From Escherichia phage Mimir124: a stretch of DNA of 64,000 bases. The first letter of the stretch is position 1. Every line of letters starts with the position of its first letter. The DNA lies in sequence record PQ310662.1; one strand, given 5' to 3'. The notes below the pieces were generated by a model, which did not search any database, was not told the DNA's origin, and saw only the letters and a program-made list of their open reading frames with translations. The position numbers and the translations under genes were made by a program. This document shows, one piece after another, positions 1-9,244 of this stretch.

Positions 1-86
1 GTGGCTAGGGCTACACCCTTACACTCAACCATCCCCCCCGGTATGTTGACGGTGTAGCCACTACCCTACCCCACCTTACACGTTAC

Positions 87-101
87 ACATGCTCCGCATG
101 T
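87..101 (+). promoter_or_regulatory. Candidate N4-type virion-RNAP early promoter hairpin (stem ACATGC/GCATGT, loop TCC)
   Basis: 6-bp stem with 3-nt loop TCC and inner GC-TCC-GC core, 43 bp upstream of ORF 144; same core recurs at 736 and 4908. Confidence 0.45.
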
Positions 102-143
102 TATGGACATGTCGTCCTATCATCAACTATTGGAGCTATCATC

Positions 144-407
144 ATGACTACTACCGCTTCTGTACGTATGACCGCAGGAACTTTACTTGGTACTGTTAAC
201 TCAGCTGCTACTACTGTTGCAGATACCTTCGGTACTGCAACTAAAGCAGTAGGTATGCTTAATTCATATGTTAGTACTATGGCAGAGAAACAGGCCATCC
301 GTACTAAATTAGAAATGCATACCTTTGTTAATAAACTGGCAGAGGAAACAGCTATGAACGAGACTCTGCGTAAGAAAAGTATCGAAGATTTCTGCAAGGA
401 TTTCTGA
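144..407 (+). CDS. hypothetical early protein (87 aa)
   Basis: ORF with GGAG 9 nt upstream of ATG; followed by a terminator at 476. Confidence 0.5.
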   Translation: MTTTASVRMTAGTLLGTVNSAATTVADTFGTATKAVGMLNSYVSTMAEKQAIRTKLEMHTFVNKLAEETAMNETLRKKSIEDFCKDF

Positions 408-475
408 GAACGCTCGTATCTATAACGCAGAATATTCAAAAGTAATTGACATCCTGACTAAAGACTAAGTCACCT

Positions 476-503
476 AGGAGACTCTTCGGAGTCTCCTGTT
501 TTG
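476..503 (+). terminator. rho-independent terminator
   Basis: aggagactc-ttcg-gagtctcct followed by gtttt. Confidence 0.65.
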
Positions 504-556
504 AACATTAGATAGATAGTCAAAAGTAGATAACTATCTACTTTAGGAGAAGTAAA

Positions 557-730
557 ATGTCCCTGACAGGTTGCAAATCAGATAGTCCTCAGGAAGCTTT
601 GGAAAGATTTGAAGAAGCACTGCGTAATAAGATTTATTCAGATACTTACTATCTAGATTCTACTGAACAAGAGAATAAGTATCAGAAAGCTAAGGCTGAA
701 TTACTAATCTGGTTGTCTTACATTCCTTAA
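557..730 (+). CDS. small hypothetical protein (57 aa, below track cutoff)
   Basis: ATG at 557 preceded by AGGAG (545-549); open to TAA at 728-730. Confidence 0.4.
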   Translation: MSLTGCKSDSPQEALERFEEALRNKIYSDTYYLDSTEQENKYQKAKAELLIWLSYIP

Positions 731-735
731 AAACC

Positions 736-752
736 AAGACGCTCCGCGTCTT
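736..752 (+). promoter_or_regulatory. Candidate N4-type virion-RNAP early promoter hairpin (stem AAGACGC/GCGTCTT, loop TCC)
   Basis: 7-bp stem, 3-nt TCC loop, GC-TCC-GC core; upstream of ORF starting at 859. Confidence 0.45.
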
Positions 753-858
753 ACGGATGATGTAAATGCATCCACTAATCATTGAACTTTTATCCCTTTG
801 TTTGGGTGTTCTCACCGACGAGTTCACCCGTAAATCACATAAATCTGGAGAGTACAAA

Positions 859-1239
859 ATGTCTATTCAAAAATTCACTTTCGGTCAATCTAACGCTGCT
901 GCTACCACTGCTAAAGCTGATAAGCCTAAGGCTCAGTTCTGGCTGAACATTGGTTATGTAGCTAATGAAGGCTCTGAAGAAGAGAAGTTCATCTCTCTGC
1001 CTACCGGTATTCCACTGGATACTCAGGAGCCACTGCCTACTAATAGCAGCAATGCTGACTTCCGTGCTATGCGTTGCGCACAGAATGACTTGCTGGAACA
1101 GTTAATCCAATATGCTCAGAACCTGGAACCAGGTGAAGAAGGTATCATTAACCTGCAAGTTCAGCTTCGTCGTGTGAAAGCAGAGGCTGCTGACATCCCA
1201 GCAGACGAGAATAAATATGCTCGTAAACTGACTTTCTAA
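859..1239 (+). CDS. hypothetical early protein (126 aa)
   Basis: Internal ATG at 859 with GGAG 7 nt upstream (MSIQKFTF...); track ORF begins at 766 but lacks an RBS. Confidence 0.5.
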   Translation: MSIQKFTFGQSNAAATTAKADKPKAQFWLNIGYVANEGSEEEKFISLPTGIPLDTQEPLPTNSSNADFRAMRCAQNDLLEQLIQYAQNLEPGEEGIINLQVQLRRVKAEAADIPADENKYARKLTF

Positions 1240-1249
1240 TCAACCACTA

Positions 1250-1277
1250 GACTCCCTTCGGGGAGTCTTTTATTTTT
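1250..1277 (+). terminator. rho-independent terminator
   Basis: gactccc-ttcg-gggagtc followed by ttttattttt. Confidence 0.65.
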
Positions 1278-1382
1278 AACTAGACGATAAGCTATTTCTA
1301 CTTTTTGAGTATCTTTAGACGAAGGGTACTGAAACAGTAACTCAATAGATATAGATTTATATTAGATGAAGGAGTAACCATT

Positions 1383-1568
1383 ATGCGTACAGTATGTAAC
1401 CGTTATAACTCGCAGAAGTTGATTGTTACGTTACAACCATGGGGCAGTAAGATGTCACTAAATGCTCGTTGGCAGGTATCTGTAAAAGATGAGAATGGTC
1501 ACTGCTATGACCACTTCTTTGTAGCTAAACCTACTCGTAAACAAATCCGTAAACTTCATAAGGTGTAA
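1383..1568 (+). CDS. hypothetical small protein (61 aa)
   Basis: ORF with GGAG upstream; tightly spaced with the next ORF. Confidence 0.4.
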   Translation: MRTVCNRYNSQKLIVTLQPWGSKMSLNARWQVSVKDENGHCYDHFFVAKPTRKQIRKLHKV

Positions 1569-1572
1569 GACT

Positions 1573-1791
1573 ATGTTGGACTTCATTGCGTTTGTAATAC
1601 TCTGTTATGTGCTATATCGCCTACGTGGTTACATTCTTAATGGAGCCAAGTGGGTAATTACTAAATTGATACTTATCTGTAAGTTACCGGTTGTATTCGT
1701 CAAGTGTCTGTTTGTTTCTCTCGTAGCTAAAGAGGTACGTAAGCAACTATGGGCTAAAGAAGCAGAAGACTATGCTAAGAGGAACCAGTGA
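1573..1791 (+). CDS. hypothetical small membrane protein (72 aa)
   Basis: Hydrophobic N-terminal half (FIAFVILCYVLY...); stop overlaps next small ORF start. Confidence 0.4.
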   Translation: MLDFIAFVILCYVLYRLRGYILNGAKWVITKLILICKLPVVFVKCLFVSLVAKEVRKQLWAKEAEDYAKRNQ

Positions 1792-2216
1792 TGAATTATT
1801 CAGAATTGTGGCTTAAGTTCTATGAAGATTGGCTTGGTGCTGTATCAGGTAGACGCACCGAAGGTGACGTGAACCGGGCAAAGGAATTTGCAGATAAATG
1901 TATAAAGTCACTGAAGGAATCAGATGATGTTCACTGACATAGAATCTGCTATTGAAGAAGCTATGTATCGTATGACCAGTGGTCCTCAGATAAGACACTA
2001 TGGTCTGGTACAGAAAGGTCACCTTATTGCTGTACGTATTGTACGTAACAGTAACCATCAACGTTTTATGTGGACAACTAAATCATGCGTAAATCATTAA
2101 TCATGGGTACCAAAGAAGACGTTCAAAAGATGAAAGAGCGTCTGGCTGCAAAGAAAAAGACATCTGAACCAGTACGTAAGATTGTTACTTTCAATCATCC
2201 ATGTATCAAATAACAA

Positions 2217-2250
2217 GGAGTCCTCCATTAGGAGGGCTTCTATTTTTTAT
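2217..2250 (+). terminator. rho-independent terminator
   Basis: ggagtcctcc-atta-ggagggcttc hairpin followed by tattttttat. Confidence 0.55.
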
Positions 2251-2291
2251 TCTTGAATAGTTAGATATGTATTTAAATAGGAGAAATTATC

Positions 2292-2600
2292 TTGAATGAA
2301 ATTGTTTGTATACTTCCTCATTCAGCTAAGATAGCTGACCGGAATATACGTATTCACCTACCATTCCCATTAAGTAATCCATTCACTCGTAATGAAAGAA
2401 CCACGGTAGAAGATGTAGAGGTAGCTTATGAAGCTTACCTTCGTAATCGTCTTATTGGTGGTGACAAGCTAATTACAGCAGAGATGGAAAGGATTGCATC
2501 CTTTGTAACAGATAGTACAGGTAAACCAGTAGGCTTAATTGGTACTGAATCTGATGTAAATGTTATTCGTAAAATATTACTGGAGGCTTTAAGCCAATGA
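2292..2600 (+). CDS. hypothetical protein (TTG start in track; true start uncertain)
   Basis: Track ORF begins at a TTG codon; stop overlaps the next ORF start. Confidence 0.3.
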   Translation: MNEIVCILPHSAKIADRNIRIHLPFPLSNPFTRNERTTVEDVEVAYEAYLRNRLIGGDKLITAEMERIASFVTDSTGKPVGLIGTESDVNVIRKILLEALSQ

Positions 2601-2818
2601 TGTATTCAACTGATTATGGTGTTTGCCCTATATGTAACAAACGTAAAGGAGTTGCTAATCATAAGAAGTGTAGTCGTATTCTACAGAAACAAAGGAACAA
2701 AGAAGAATGGGATAGGATACTGAATAATCAGTATAAAGAAGAGAAACAACAGATGGCTGTTAAAGCCTCCACTCAACGTATTCGCCGTATTAACTATATA
2801 CAGGGTTATCAGAAATGA
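2597..2818 (+). CDS. hypothetical protein with Cys-pair motif (CPICNKRK...HKKC)
   Basis: 73-aa ORF; 4-bp overlap with neighbours on both sides (translational coupling). Confidence 0.4.
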   Translation: MMYSTDYGVCPICNKRKGVANHKKCSRILQKQRNKEEWDRILNNQYKEEKQQMAVKASTQRIRRINYIQGYQK

Positions 2819-3171
2819 AACTGATTGTGGCTGGTGGAAGAGACTTCGTAAATACCCAAGTAATGATTACAGTATTAATGGATTTAGTGGAGAAGGGTAA
2901 GATTGACCCTAATCCCGAATTGGTATGTGGCATGGCTCGTGGTGCTGATATGCTTGCATACAGCCTATGGGCTAACCACAATATGAAAATCCATACATTC
3001 CCGGCAGATTGGAAAACTCACCCAAGAAGTGCTGGATATATTCGAAATGCAGAAATGGGTAATTTTGCAGATGTACTTGTTGCCTTCTGGGATGGTAAAT
3101 CCAGAGGAACCAAGCACATGATTGATATCATGCAGAGGCTAAATAAACCTGTATACATCGTGAGGTACTAA
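2815..3171 (+). CDS. SLOG/DprA-like Rossmann-fold protein (DUF2493-like)
   Basis: VAGGRDF...GMARGADMLAY resembles the GG.R / G.ARG.D signature of DprA/Smf-YpsA-type SLOG domains; recalled, not searched. Confidence 0.4.
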   Translation: MKLIVAGGRDFVNTQVMITVLMDLVEKGKIDPNPELVCGMARGADMLAYSLWANHNMKIHTFPADWKTHPRSAGYIRNAEMGNFADVLVAFWDGKSRGTKHMIDIMQRLNKPVYIVRY

Positions 3172-3426
3172 ATGATTATTACATATCCTACAGGCAAAAA
3201 TGTGGAATATATGGGTCATACTATCCAAGTACCACATTGGGTTAAGTATATAGCGTTGTATACTCGACAGTATAAGAGTGCTAATACCTCCTTAATAGGA
3301 TTCTCTAAGAAGCCTAAGCTAACAGAAAACAATATCTGGGTATCCTCTGGGAGACAAGAAGAGATTGGTTTCTGTGATTTGAGTATTGTTGATAATAACA
3401 TCTATGGGACATTGAAAAAGGTATGA
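3172..3426 (+). CDS. hypothetical protein
   Basis: 84-aa ORF in a coupled gene array. Confidence 0.35.
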   Translation: MIITYPTGKNVEYMGHTIQVPHWVKYIALYTRQYKSANTSLIGFSKKPKLTENNIWVSSGRQEEIGFCDLSIVDNNIYGTLKKV

Positions 3427-3737
3427 AAACTATTCTAGTAGTTCATGATTCTACATTTACCGATGTAGATAAGATGATGCGTAATATTGATTATGTATCT
3501 CAGACAAGCCAAGCATTCAATGAAGAGTTTACTCTGTACTGTAATGCTGAATCTCCACTGGTTCCTATCCTTAAGGAATCAGGTCTACCTTTCTCTACAG
3601 AGAACTTCCCGGAAGAACCAGACTATGTAATCTCTTTTATCTATGACTTACATGATGGTTCTGAAACCAGTGAATTAGCTATGAACCAGTGGCGTAGTAA
3701 ACGTCCTGTGTTCGCATTTCAGGTATTAAAACCATGA
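3423..3737 (+). CDS. hypothetical protein
   Basis: 104-aa ORF; 4-bp overlaps with neighbours. Confidence 0.4.
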   Translation: MKTILVVHDSTFTDVDKMMRNIDYVSQTSQAFNEEFTLYCNAESPLVPILKESGLPFSTENFPEEPDYVISFIYDLHDGSETSELAMNQWRSKRPVFAFQVLKP

Positions 3738-4114
3738 AGACTATCTCATTAGGTGATGACACCAATGCTTTAATAGGTGTATCTGCACGTCCAATTAGCA
3801 TTGTTAATAAACATCACGGTAAATCCGGTGAGTATATTGGGCGTGGTTCACCATTAGGCAATCCATTCGTCATTGGTAAACATGGAACCAGAGAGCAAGT
3901 AATTGCTAAGTATAAAGTCTGGCTGCAAGAACAGATTGATAAGGGTAATCCAGTTGTATTGGATGAACTTAATCGTCTTGGTAATAAAGCTATTGATGAG
4001 AAAGGATTAGCCTTACAGTGCTTCTGTTATCCGAAGCCATGTCATGGTGAGGTTATTAAAGAGAAGCTAGTGAAAGCTATGTACAAATATTTTGTGGAGA
4101 ATCCTAATGGATAA
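3734..4114 (+). CDS. DUF4326-family protein
   Basis: YIGRGSPLGNPF...GTREQVIAKYKVWL...CFCYPKPCHG matches the DUF4326 signature as I recall it. Confidence 0.5.
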   Translation: MKTISLGDDTNALIGVSARPISIVNKHHGKSGEYIGRGSPLGNPFVIGKHGTREQVIAKYKVWLQEQIDKGNPVVLDELNRLGNKAIDEKGLALQCFCYPKPCHGEVIKEKLVKAMYKYFVENPNG

Positions 4115-4292
4115 GCAATGCAAATGTGGCAAAGGTTATGTATCCCAATGGGATGGTAAATGTGGTCATTGCCGAACCAAGAAAGAACAACGTGACCATG
4201 AATATGCTCTTACTTATTTAGAAGTAACCCGTCAATACAACAATATGACCACACACGATGCTTATATTTATAATAGAGAGGCTTGTAAATGA
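4107..4292 (+). CDS. small Cys4 zinc-ribbon protein
   Basis: MDKQCKCGKGYVSQWDGKCGHCRTKK: two CxC/CxxC pairs; start moved to ATG at 4107. Confidence 0.4.
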   Translation: MDKQCKCGKGYVSQWDGKCGHCRTKKEQRDHEYALTYLEVTRQYNNMTTHDAYIYNREACK

Positions 4293-4639
4293 AAGAAATC
4301 TTAGTATTCACTACCAATTTACTTGGGCAGCATAATAATGCTGCTGCCAAATTAGCATATAAGAAGCATGGTGCTCGCTGGGGTATGGCCTATGGTCATT
4401 ATGGTAATAGCTTTGCCATTCCAGTAAAGGATGGTTATGGTAACCGGATTAAAGAGGGTGCTATCTATGGCTTCATTGAAGGTTTCATTGCCTATGCATC
4501 TTCTAATCCACAATGGGATTTTAAAGTCATGAATAATGACTATCTGGACCCATACCAATTCATTAACGTAACTGGAAATGTACTGTTACCAGAAGTATGG
4601 CGTAAACACTTAGGCGATGCTTACAACTACTGGAGTTAA
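4289..4639 (+). CDS. hypothetical protein (116 aa)
   Basis: ORF with GMAYGHYGNSFAIP motif; family not recognised. Confidence 0.4.
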   Translation: MKEILVFTTNLLGQHNNAAAKLAYKKHGARWGMAYGHYGNSFAIPVKDGYGNRIKEGAIYGFIEGFIAYASSNPQWDFKVMNNDYLDPYQFINVTGNVLLPEVWRKHLGDAYNYWS

Positions 4640-4641
4640 TA

Positions 4642-4902
4642 ATGACTTATGAAGAATTATGGTCTGCTCAAGTCAGAGCCAGAGCACTTACACGGCATGA
4701 CATCTATTGTGCGTTACAAAACGAACTAAAAGGTCGTACTAAGTTAGGCCACATATCAGGTTTTGTTAATATACCTATGCGTAGTCTGGTGTGGCCTTAT
4801 AAAGAAAAAAGTAATGAATTTAACGGTAATGGTTTATATGTACGTATCAACTACCTTGGCCAAGAGAACAACATTCGTATTGCCTTTTGGACTAAGCGTT
4901 AG
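4642..4902 (+). CDS. hypothetical protein (86 aa)
   Basis: ORF immediately after preceding stop. Confidence 0.4.
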   Translation: MTYEELWSAQVRARALTRHDIYCALQNELKGRTKLGHISGFVNIPMRSLVWPYKEKSNEFNGNGLYVRINYLGQENNIRIAFWTKR

Positions 4903-4907
4903 GTAAT

Positions 4908-4922
4908 AGCTGCTCCGCAGCT
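4908..4922 (+). promoter_or_regulatory. Candidate N4-type virion-RNAP early promoter hairpin (stem AGCTGC/GCAGCT, loop TCC)
   Basis: 6-bp stem, TCC loop, followed by TT then AGGAG and ATG at 4937. Confidence 0.45.
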
Positions 4923-4936
4923 TTAGGAGATTAACT

Positions 4937-5191
4937 ATGGATACAACTGCTGTAAGCATTGGGGAGATTGTAAAAAGAAAACATGAATTAAAATGGAGAG
5001 ATTATCATCTATTAAAACATCTTATTCGTATGACTGTTTCAAGTCCTGCTCTCCAATATTCAGAAGTAAGTGAAATAGGGGCAAGATTATCGATGTTTAC
5101 CCATAGAGAGGTCGTATCAAAGAGTATATTTATAAGCTGCTACTTCGATAAAAGTATTGGCAAATATGAATTCAATTGTTTTATTGAATAA
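4937..5191 (+). CDS. hypothetical early protein (84 aa)
   Basis: ORF with AGGAG RBS directly downstream of hairpin at 4908. Confidence 0.45.
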   Translation: MDTTAVSIGEIVKRKHELKWRDYHLLKHLIRMTVSSPALQYSEVSEIGARLSMFTHREVVSKSIFISCYFDKSIGKYEFNCFIE

Positions 5192-5214
5192 ACTAATTTA
5201 TTAGGAGATATGCG

Positions 5215-6030
5215 ATGTACTCATCAATAGAACATCAGAAGCAACTCGAAGTACTATTCAATAAAAATCAATTACTGCCTCGCATGAGGAAGGAATTCGA
5301 GGACTCCAAAGAAATTGACTTTAAGGCATTCGCTGCCTATTTAGAAATAGATTATAAGCTGCTCATTGATGCAATGGTGCAGATTGCCCTACATAAACGT
5401 GCTGATATCCAGACTATGATTGGCTCTCTCATGAGCCACTCAGATGATGCTCAGTACATCGCTGACTGTCTGTATAAGATGGCAGAGAATGACTGCTTCA
5501 ACTATGACCCTACTATAGACAAGTTCGGTGTTATCTATGAGATTAGTGAAGATGTTCAGATGGAACTGGAAGCATTCCAGTATCCATTGCCTATCGTAAG
5601 TGCTCCTAATCCTGTTAGAACTAACCGGGATACCGGTTATTACCAGACTAAAGGAAGCATTATCCTCAAGAAGAACCATCATGAGATGGACGTCTGCCTT
5701 GACCACATCAACCGTATGAACAATCAACGTCTCTGTATTAACTGGGACGTTGCCAACTATGTAAAAGACTCCCGTCCTAACATGGATAAACCCAAAGATG
5801 GTGAAACCCGTCAGGACTATGAGAAACGAGTTAAAGCCTTTGAGAAGTACAGTCGTACTGCTAAGGAAGTAATGGAGTTAGTGACTCAGGAAGGTAATAA
5901 CTTCTCACTAGCGCATCGTTACGACAAACGAGGCCGCACGTACTGTGCTGGATACCATATATCCTACCAAGGCACTTCATATAACAAAGCTGTCATTGAA
6001 TTTGCCGATAAAGAACTAGTAGAGGACTAA
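5215..6030 (+). CDS. T7-like single-subunit RNA polymerase, N-terminal subunit (N4 RNAP II small-subunit-like)
   Basis: RYDKRGRTYCAGYHISYQG resembles the T7 RNAP D.RGR.Y region; 271 aa; followed by the second RNAP part at 6555. Confidence 0.7.
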   Translation: MYSSIEHQKQLEVLFNKNQLLPRMRKEFEDSKEIDFKAFAAYLEIDYKLLIDAMVQIALHKRADIQTMIGSLMSHSDDAQYIADCLYKMAENDCFNYDPTIDKFGVIYEISEDVQMELEAFQYPLPIVSAPNPVRTNRDTGYYQTKGSIILKKNHHEMDVCLDHINRMNNQRLCINWDVANYVKDSRPNMDKPKDGETRQDYEKRVKAFEKYSRTAKEVMELVTQEGNNFSLAHRYDKRGRTYCAGYHISYQGTSYNKAVIEFADKELVED

Positions 6031-6536
6031 TGAAACCAACTCAAGCAGAGTTGATGGAACTACTCGACTATGACCCAGTGAATGGAACATTTCATTGGAC
6101 TCATAGTCCATTGGTGTACATCAACGTAAGAGGTAAGGAGACTGGCCTAACAGGCTCCAGAGGACATCGCAAGATTGTCATTAATAAGCAAGATTACAAA
6201 GCTCACCATGTGGCTTGGTGCATAATGACTGGCGTATGGCCTGAACAAGTTGACCACAATGATACGAACCGAGCTAATAATCGCTGGGATAATCTACGTG
6301 AGGCAACCCACACACAGAACATGCGCAATAGAACCATGAGCAAGAATAACACTTCTGGATTTAAGGGTGTTCGTATGCGTAATGGTAAGTATCTGGCGCA
6401 GATACAGGTTAATGGCTCTAAAGTAGAATTAGGATCATTTAGTGACCCTGTAGAAGCCGCTAAAGCCTATGATGCCGCTGCAATCAAATACTTTGGTGAG
6501 TTCGCCAAAACAAATAAAGAACTTAACAACTACTAA
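6030..6536 (+). CDS. HNH homing endonuclease with AP2-like DNA-binding domain
   Basis: VDHNDTNRANNRWDNLREATHTQN (HNH) plus SGFKGV...AAKAYDAAAIKYFGEFA (AP2-like); ATG overlaps the stop of the preceding RNAP subunit. Confidence 0.75.
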   Translation: MKPTQAELMELLDYDPVNGTFHWTHSPLVYINVRGKETGLTGSRGHRKIVINKQDYKAHHVAWCIMTGVWPEQVDHNDTNRANNRWDNLREATHTQNMRNRTMSKNNTSGFKGVRMRNGKYLAQIQVNGSKVELGSFSDPVEAAKAYDAAAIKYFGEFAKTNKELNNY

Positions 6537-6554
6537 TCCACTAATGCGAGCCAA

Positions 6555-7799
6555 ATGGCTCAAGACGCTAAGGAATATAGAATGCAACTGTTAACTGCCC
6601 GTGAATACCTGAAAGTAGATATCGCTAATAACTATGGCTTAGATAAGAAGACATGGGATGAACGTATTAGCTGGTTCGATGAGAACGAAACTAACCTGCT
6701 CAATCTGGTAGATGAAGCAGAAGAATCTGCACTGTTCTATGCTGGTGTAAATGCATGGAATGATATGAAAGCAGGTAAGCCTATCGGGTATGCTGTAGCT
6801 CTGGATGCTACATCATCTGGCTTGCAATTACTGGCCTGCCTGACTGGTGACCGCTCTGCTGCTGAACTGTGTAACGTAGTTAACTACATGGGAGAGAATG
6901 GTAAGCCATTACGTCGTGATGCTTATACAGTCATCTATCACAAGATGCTGGACATCCTTGGTGAAGCATCTCGTATTAAACGTAGTGACACTAAGCAGGC
7001 TGTTATGACTGCATTCTACGGTTCTGAAGCCAAACCTAAAGAAGTATTCGGTGAGGGTATTCGTCTCAAGACTTTTGAGAATGTAATGGAAACTGTTGCT
7101 AGTGGTCCTTGGGCACTTAACAAGTTCTTACTGCAATGTGGTAACCCGGATGCCAACCGTTACGTATGGATACTGCCTGACAACTTCCACGCTGTCATTA
7201 AGGTAATGGTTCCTGAAGTACAGACTGTTAACTTCTTAGGTAAGCCATTCGACATCACTCGTATGGTTCAGGGTACTGAAGAAAAGACTCGTATGCTCTC
7301 TGCTAACATCACCCACTCTATTGATGGGATGGTGGTACGTGAGATGCTGCGTCGTTGTAACTTCGACCGTGACTTAGTGGAAGCTGTGCGAGAACTCTGT
7401 GATGAAGGTCCATCAGAATATGGGGAAATTGCAGGTAACCTGGAGAAAGTACAAGAGCTATGGAGCCATTATGAGAAATCTGGCTTCTTATCTTTATCTA
7501 TCCTGGATTATCTTGACCCATGTACTATTGCTTATGTAGACCGTCAGGTAGTGGCAGATATGATTGACACTTTGCCTAAGAAACCTTTCCCTGTAATGAC
7601 TGTGCATGACTGCTTCCGTTGCCATCCTAACTACGGTAATGACCTGCGTCGTCAATACAACCAGATTCTGTCTGACATTGCTAAGAGCGACCTATTGGGA
7701 TTCATCTTGTCTCAGGTACTGGGTCAAGAGTTCTCTGCTGGTAAGCTGGATGACAGCCTCTGGCAGGACATTCTTGAAACAGACTATGCATTAAGTTAA
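6555..7799 (+). CDS. T7-like RNA polymerase, catalytic subunit (N4 RNAP II large-subunit-like)
   Basis: [25 protein letters not shown] parallels T7 [29 protein letters not shown] motif-C-like; 414 aa. Confidence 0.75.
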   Translation: [414 protein letters not shown]

Positions 7800-7806
7800 T
7801 AAACTA

Positions 7807-7841
7807 GCCTCATTCCTTCGGGAATGGGGCTTTTATTTTTT
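7807..7841 (+). terminator. rho-independent terminator
   Basis: gcctcattcc-ttcg-ggaatggggc followed by ttttatttttt. Confidence 0.65.
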
Positions 7842-7843
7842 CT

Positions 7844-8041
7844 TTGGAGGTAGCAACTATGCTAATCACTTTTGAAGTAATCTTTCAGTTAATACTGATA
7901 GTTTTATCTATACTGGCTCTGGCTACGATAGTTCGTGCCCACAAGTCTAAGTTTGCTTACTGCTACTATGGGGCATACTCACTTGGCTGCTTTGTAATGG
8001 CAGGATGGATAGCTTTTGCTCTCTACTGTGTAATCAACTAA
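7844..8041 (+). CDS. small membrane protein (65 aa)
   Basis: Two hydrophobic segments; flanked by terminators at 7807 and 8041. Confidence 0.35.
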   Translation: MEVATMLITFEVIFQLILIVLSILALATIVRAHKSKFAYCYYGAYSLGCFVMAGWIAFALYCVIN

Positions 8042-8068
8042 CCCACCACTAGGTGGGTTTATTTTTTT
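8041..8068 (+). terminator. rho-independent terminator
   Basis: acccacc-acta-ggtgggt followed by ttatttttttac. Confidence 0.6.
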
Positions 8069-8115
8069 ACATGTCATGTATACTAACCCAGCTATTTACT
8101 TATGAGGAAATTGAT

Positions 8116-8949
8116 ATGCCAACTTTGAAAGTAAGTTTTAACAAAACCACTAATGTCGCAACTGTACTGGATGCCAGTGGTTCTATTCCAGGTGGTTCCG
8201 TAGAAGTAGGAACCTTTGTACACCCGGATGCCACTTACCCTGATAGCTTAGTTATCTATCACGGTGTACGTGATCTGCTGTATAGACGCTCTGCTAAAAA
8301 CCCAGCTGAAGCAGGCTTCTGGCCTGACAACATCGTGGATATGCAGGCCATCTCTATTGATATGAAAGCTACTCCACGACTGACTATTGCTACCAAACTG
8401 CCTCGTGTAGTCTCTGCTATCGAAGGTGAAGACATCAACTGGCACATTGATGTAGCAGGTGGTAAAGCACCATTTACTTATAAATGGCAGTTCAAAGCAA
8501 ATACTGCTGGTGCAGCATTCGCTGATATTAGCTCCAGTACTAACCCATCTGCTGCTACTGCAACACTGACTATTAATGGTGTAACAGCTGCTTCTGCTGG
8601 TACTTATAAAGTGATTGTTACTGATGCTAATGGAACCACTGTAGAAGATGAGTCGCTACTGGCTGTAGGCTATTATGAAGCAAGTTCACTAGTAGCTACA
8701 CCTGCTTCACTGTCTCTGTCTGTTGCTGCTGATACTACCGATGGTAAGAACGTAACAATTGCTGCTATACCTGTTGGTTCATCTGCTGGTACTTTGTCTA
8801 TTAAGACTGCTCCGGATTCCGGTCGTGCTACAGCTACCATTTCTGGTAACGTACTGACGGTTAAACCAGTGGCTGCTGGTAAAGCTACTTCTGTTGTAGT
8901 TACAAATGGTACTGTTGATGTAACCATCGCTATTACTGTTGCAGAATAA
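8116..8949 (+). CDS. Ig-like domain protein (N4 gp17 capsid-decoration-like by position)
   Basis: Thr/Ala/Val-rich beta-strand repeats (TATLTINGVTAASAGTYKVIVTDANG); start set to ATG 8116 with AGGAAA upstream; sits just after RNAP II. Confidence 0.5.
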   Translation: MPTLKVSFNKTTNVATVLDASGSIPGGSVEVGTFVHPDATYPDSLVIYHGVRDLLYRRSAKNPAEAGFWPDNIVDMQAISIDMKATPRLTIATKLPRVVSAIEGEDINWHIDVAGGKAPFTYKWQFKANTAGAAFADISSSTNPSAATATLTINGVTAASAGTYKVIVTDANGTTVEDESLLAVGYYEASSLVATPASLSLSVAADTTDGKNVTIAAIPVGSSAGTLSIKTAPDSGRATATISGNVLTVKPVAAGKATSVVVTNGTVDVTIAITVAE

Positions 8950-8999
8950 GGGTATCCCTTATTTGGGGTTATAAACTCTGAGATAAAACCCTCAAGTTT

Positions 9000-9030
9000 G
9001 ACCTCCCTATTGAAGGGAGGTCTTTTTTTT
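9000..9030 (+). terminator. rho-independent terminator
   Basis: gacctccc-tattgaa-gggaggtc followed by tttttttt. Confidence 0.7.
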
Positions 9031-9055
9031 GACTTAAACAAACTGGAGCCAGGAA

Positions 9056-9244
9056 ATGTATAAAGAGATTGCATTCTTCTCGTTCTTGTTAGGTGGGTTA
9101 ATTGGTGCAGGATTTGTAGCTATTTCTAATACCTACTTTGGTTCTACTCCAAACTCTGTAACGCAAACCCTCAAGCATGAATGTGAATTGAATATCCCTC
9201 GTAATCAAAGCTGCGTAATGCAGTTCGTACCGGAGAAGAAATGA
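9056..9244 (+). CDS. small membrane protein (62 aa)
   Basis: N-terminal TM segment (FFSFLLGGLIGAGFVAI). Confidence 0.35.
   Translation: MYKEIAFFSFLLGGLIGAGFVAISNTYFGSTPNSVTQTLKHECELNIPRNQSCVMQFVPEKK

Noticed and set aside
1-61. Inverted repeat at the window start (ggctacacc at 9-17 versus ggtgtagcc at 51-59), considered as a genome terminal element
   Set aside because: Only 9 bp with a 33-nt spacer at the window edge; cannot distinguish a terminal repeat or packaging signal from chance without the genome ends.
101-439. Minus-strand ORF (112 aa) overlapping the plus-strand early ORF 144..407
   Set aside because: Antisense to a gene with RBS and terminator context; like the many other antisense ORFs inside plus-strand genes of the 0-34 kb region, it is treated as a spurious open frame.
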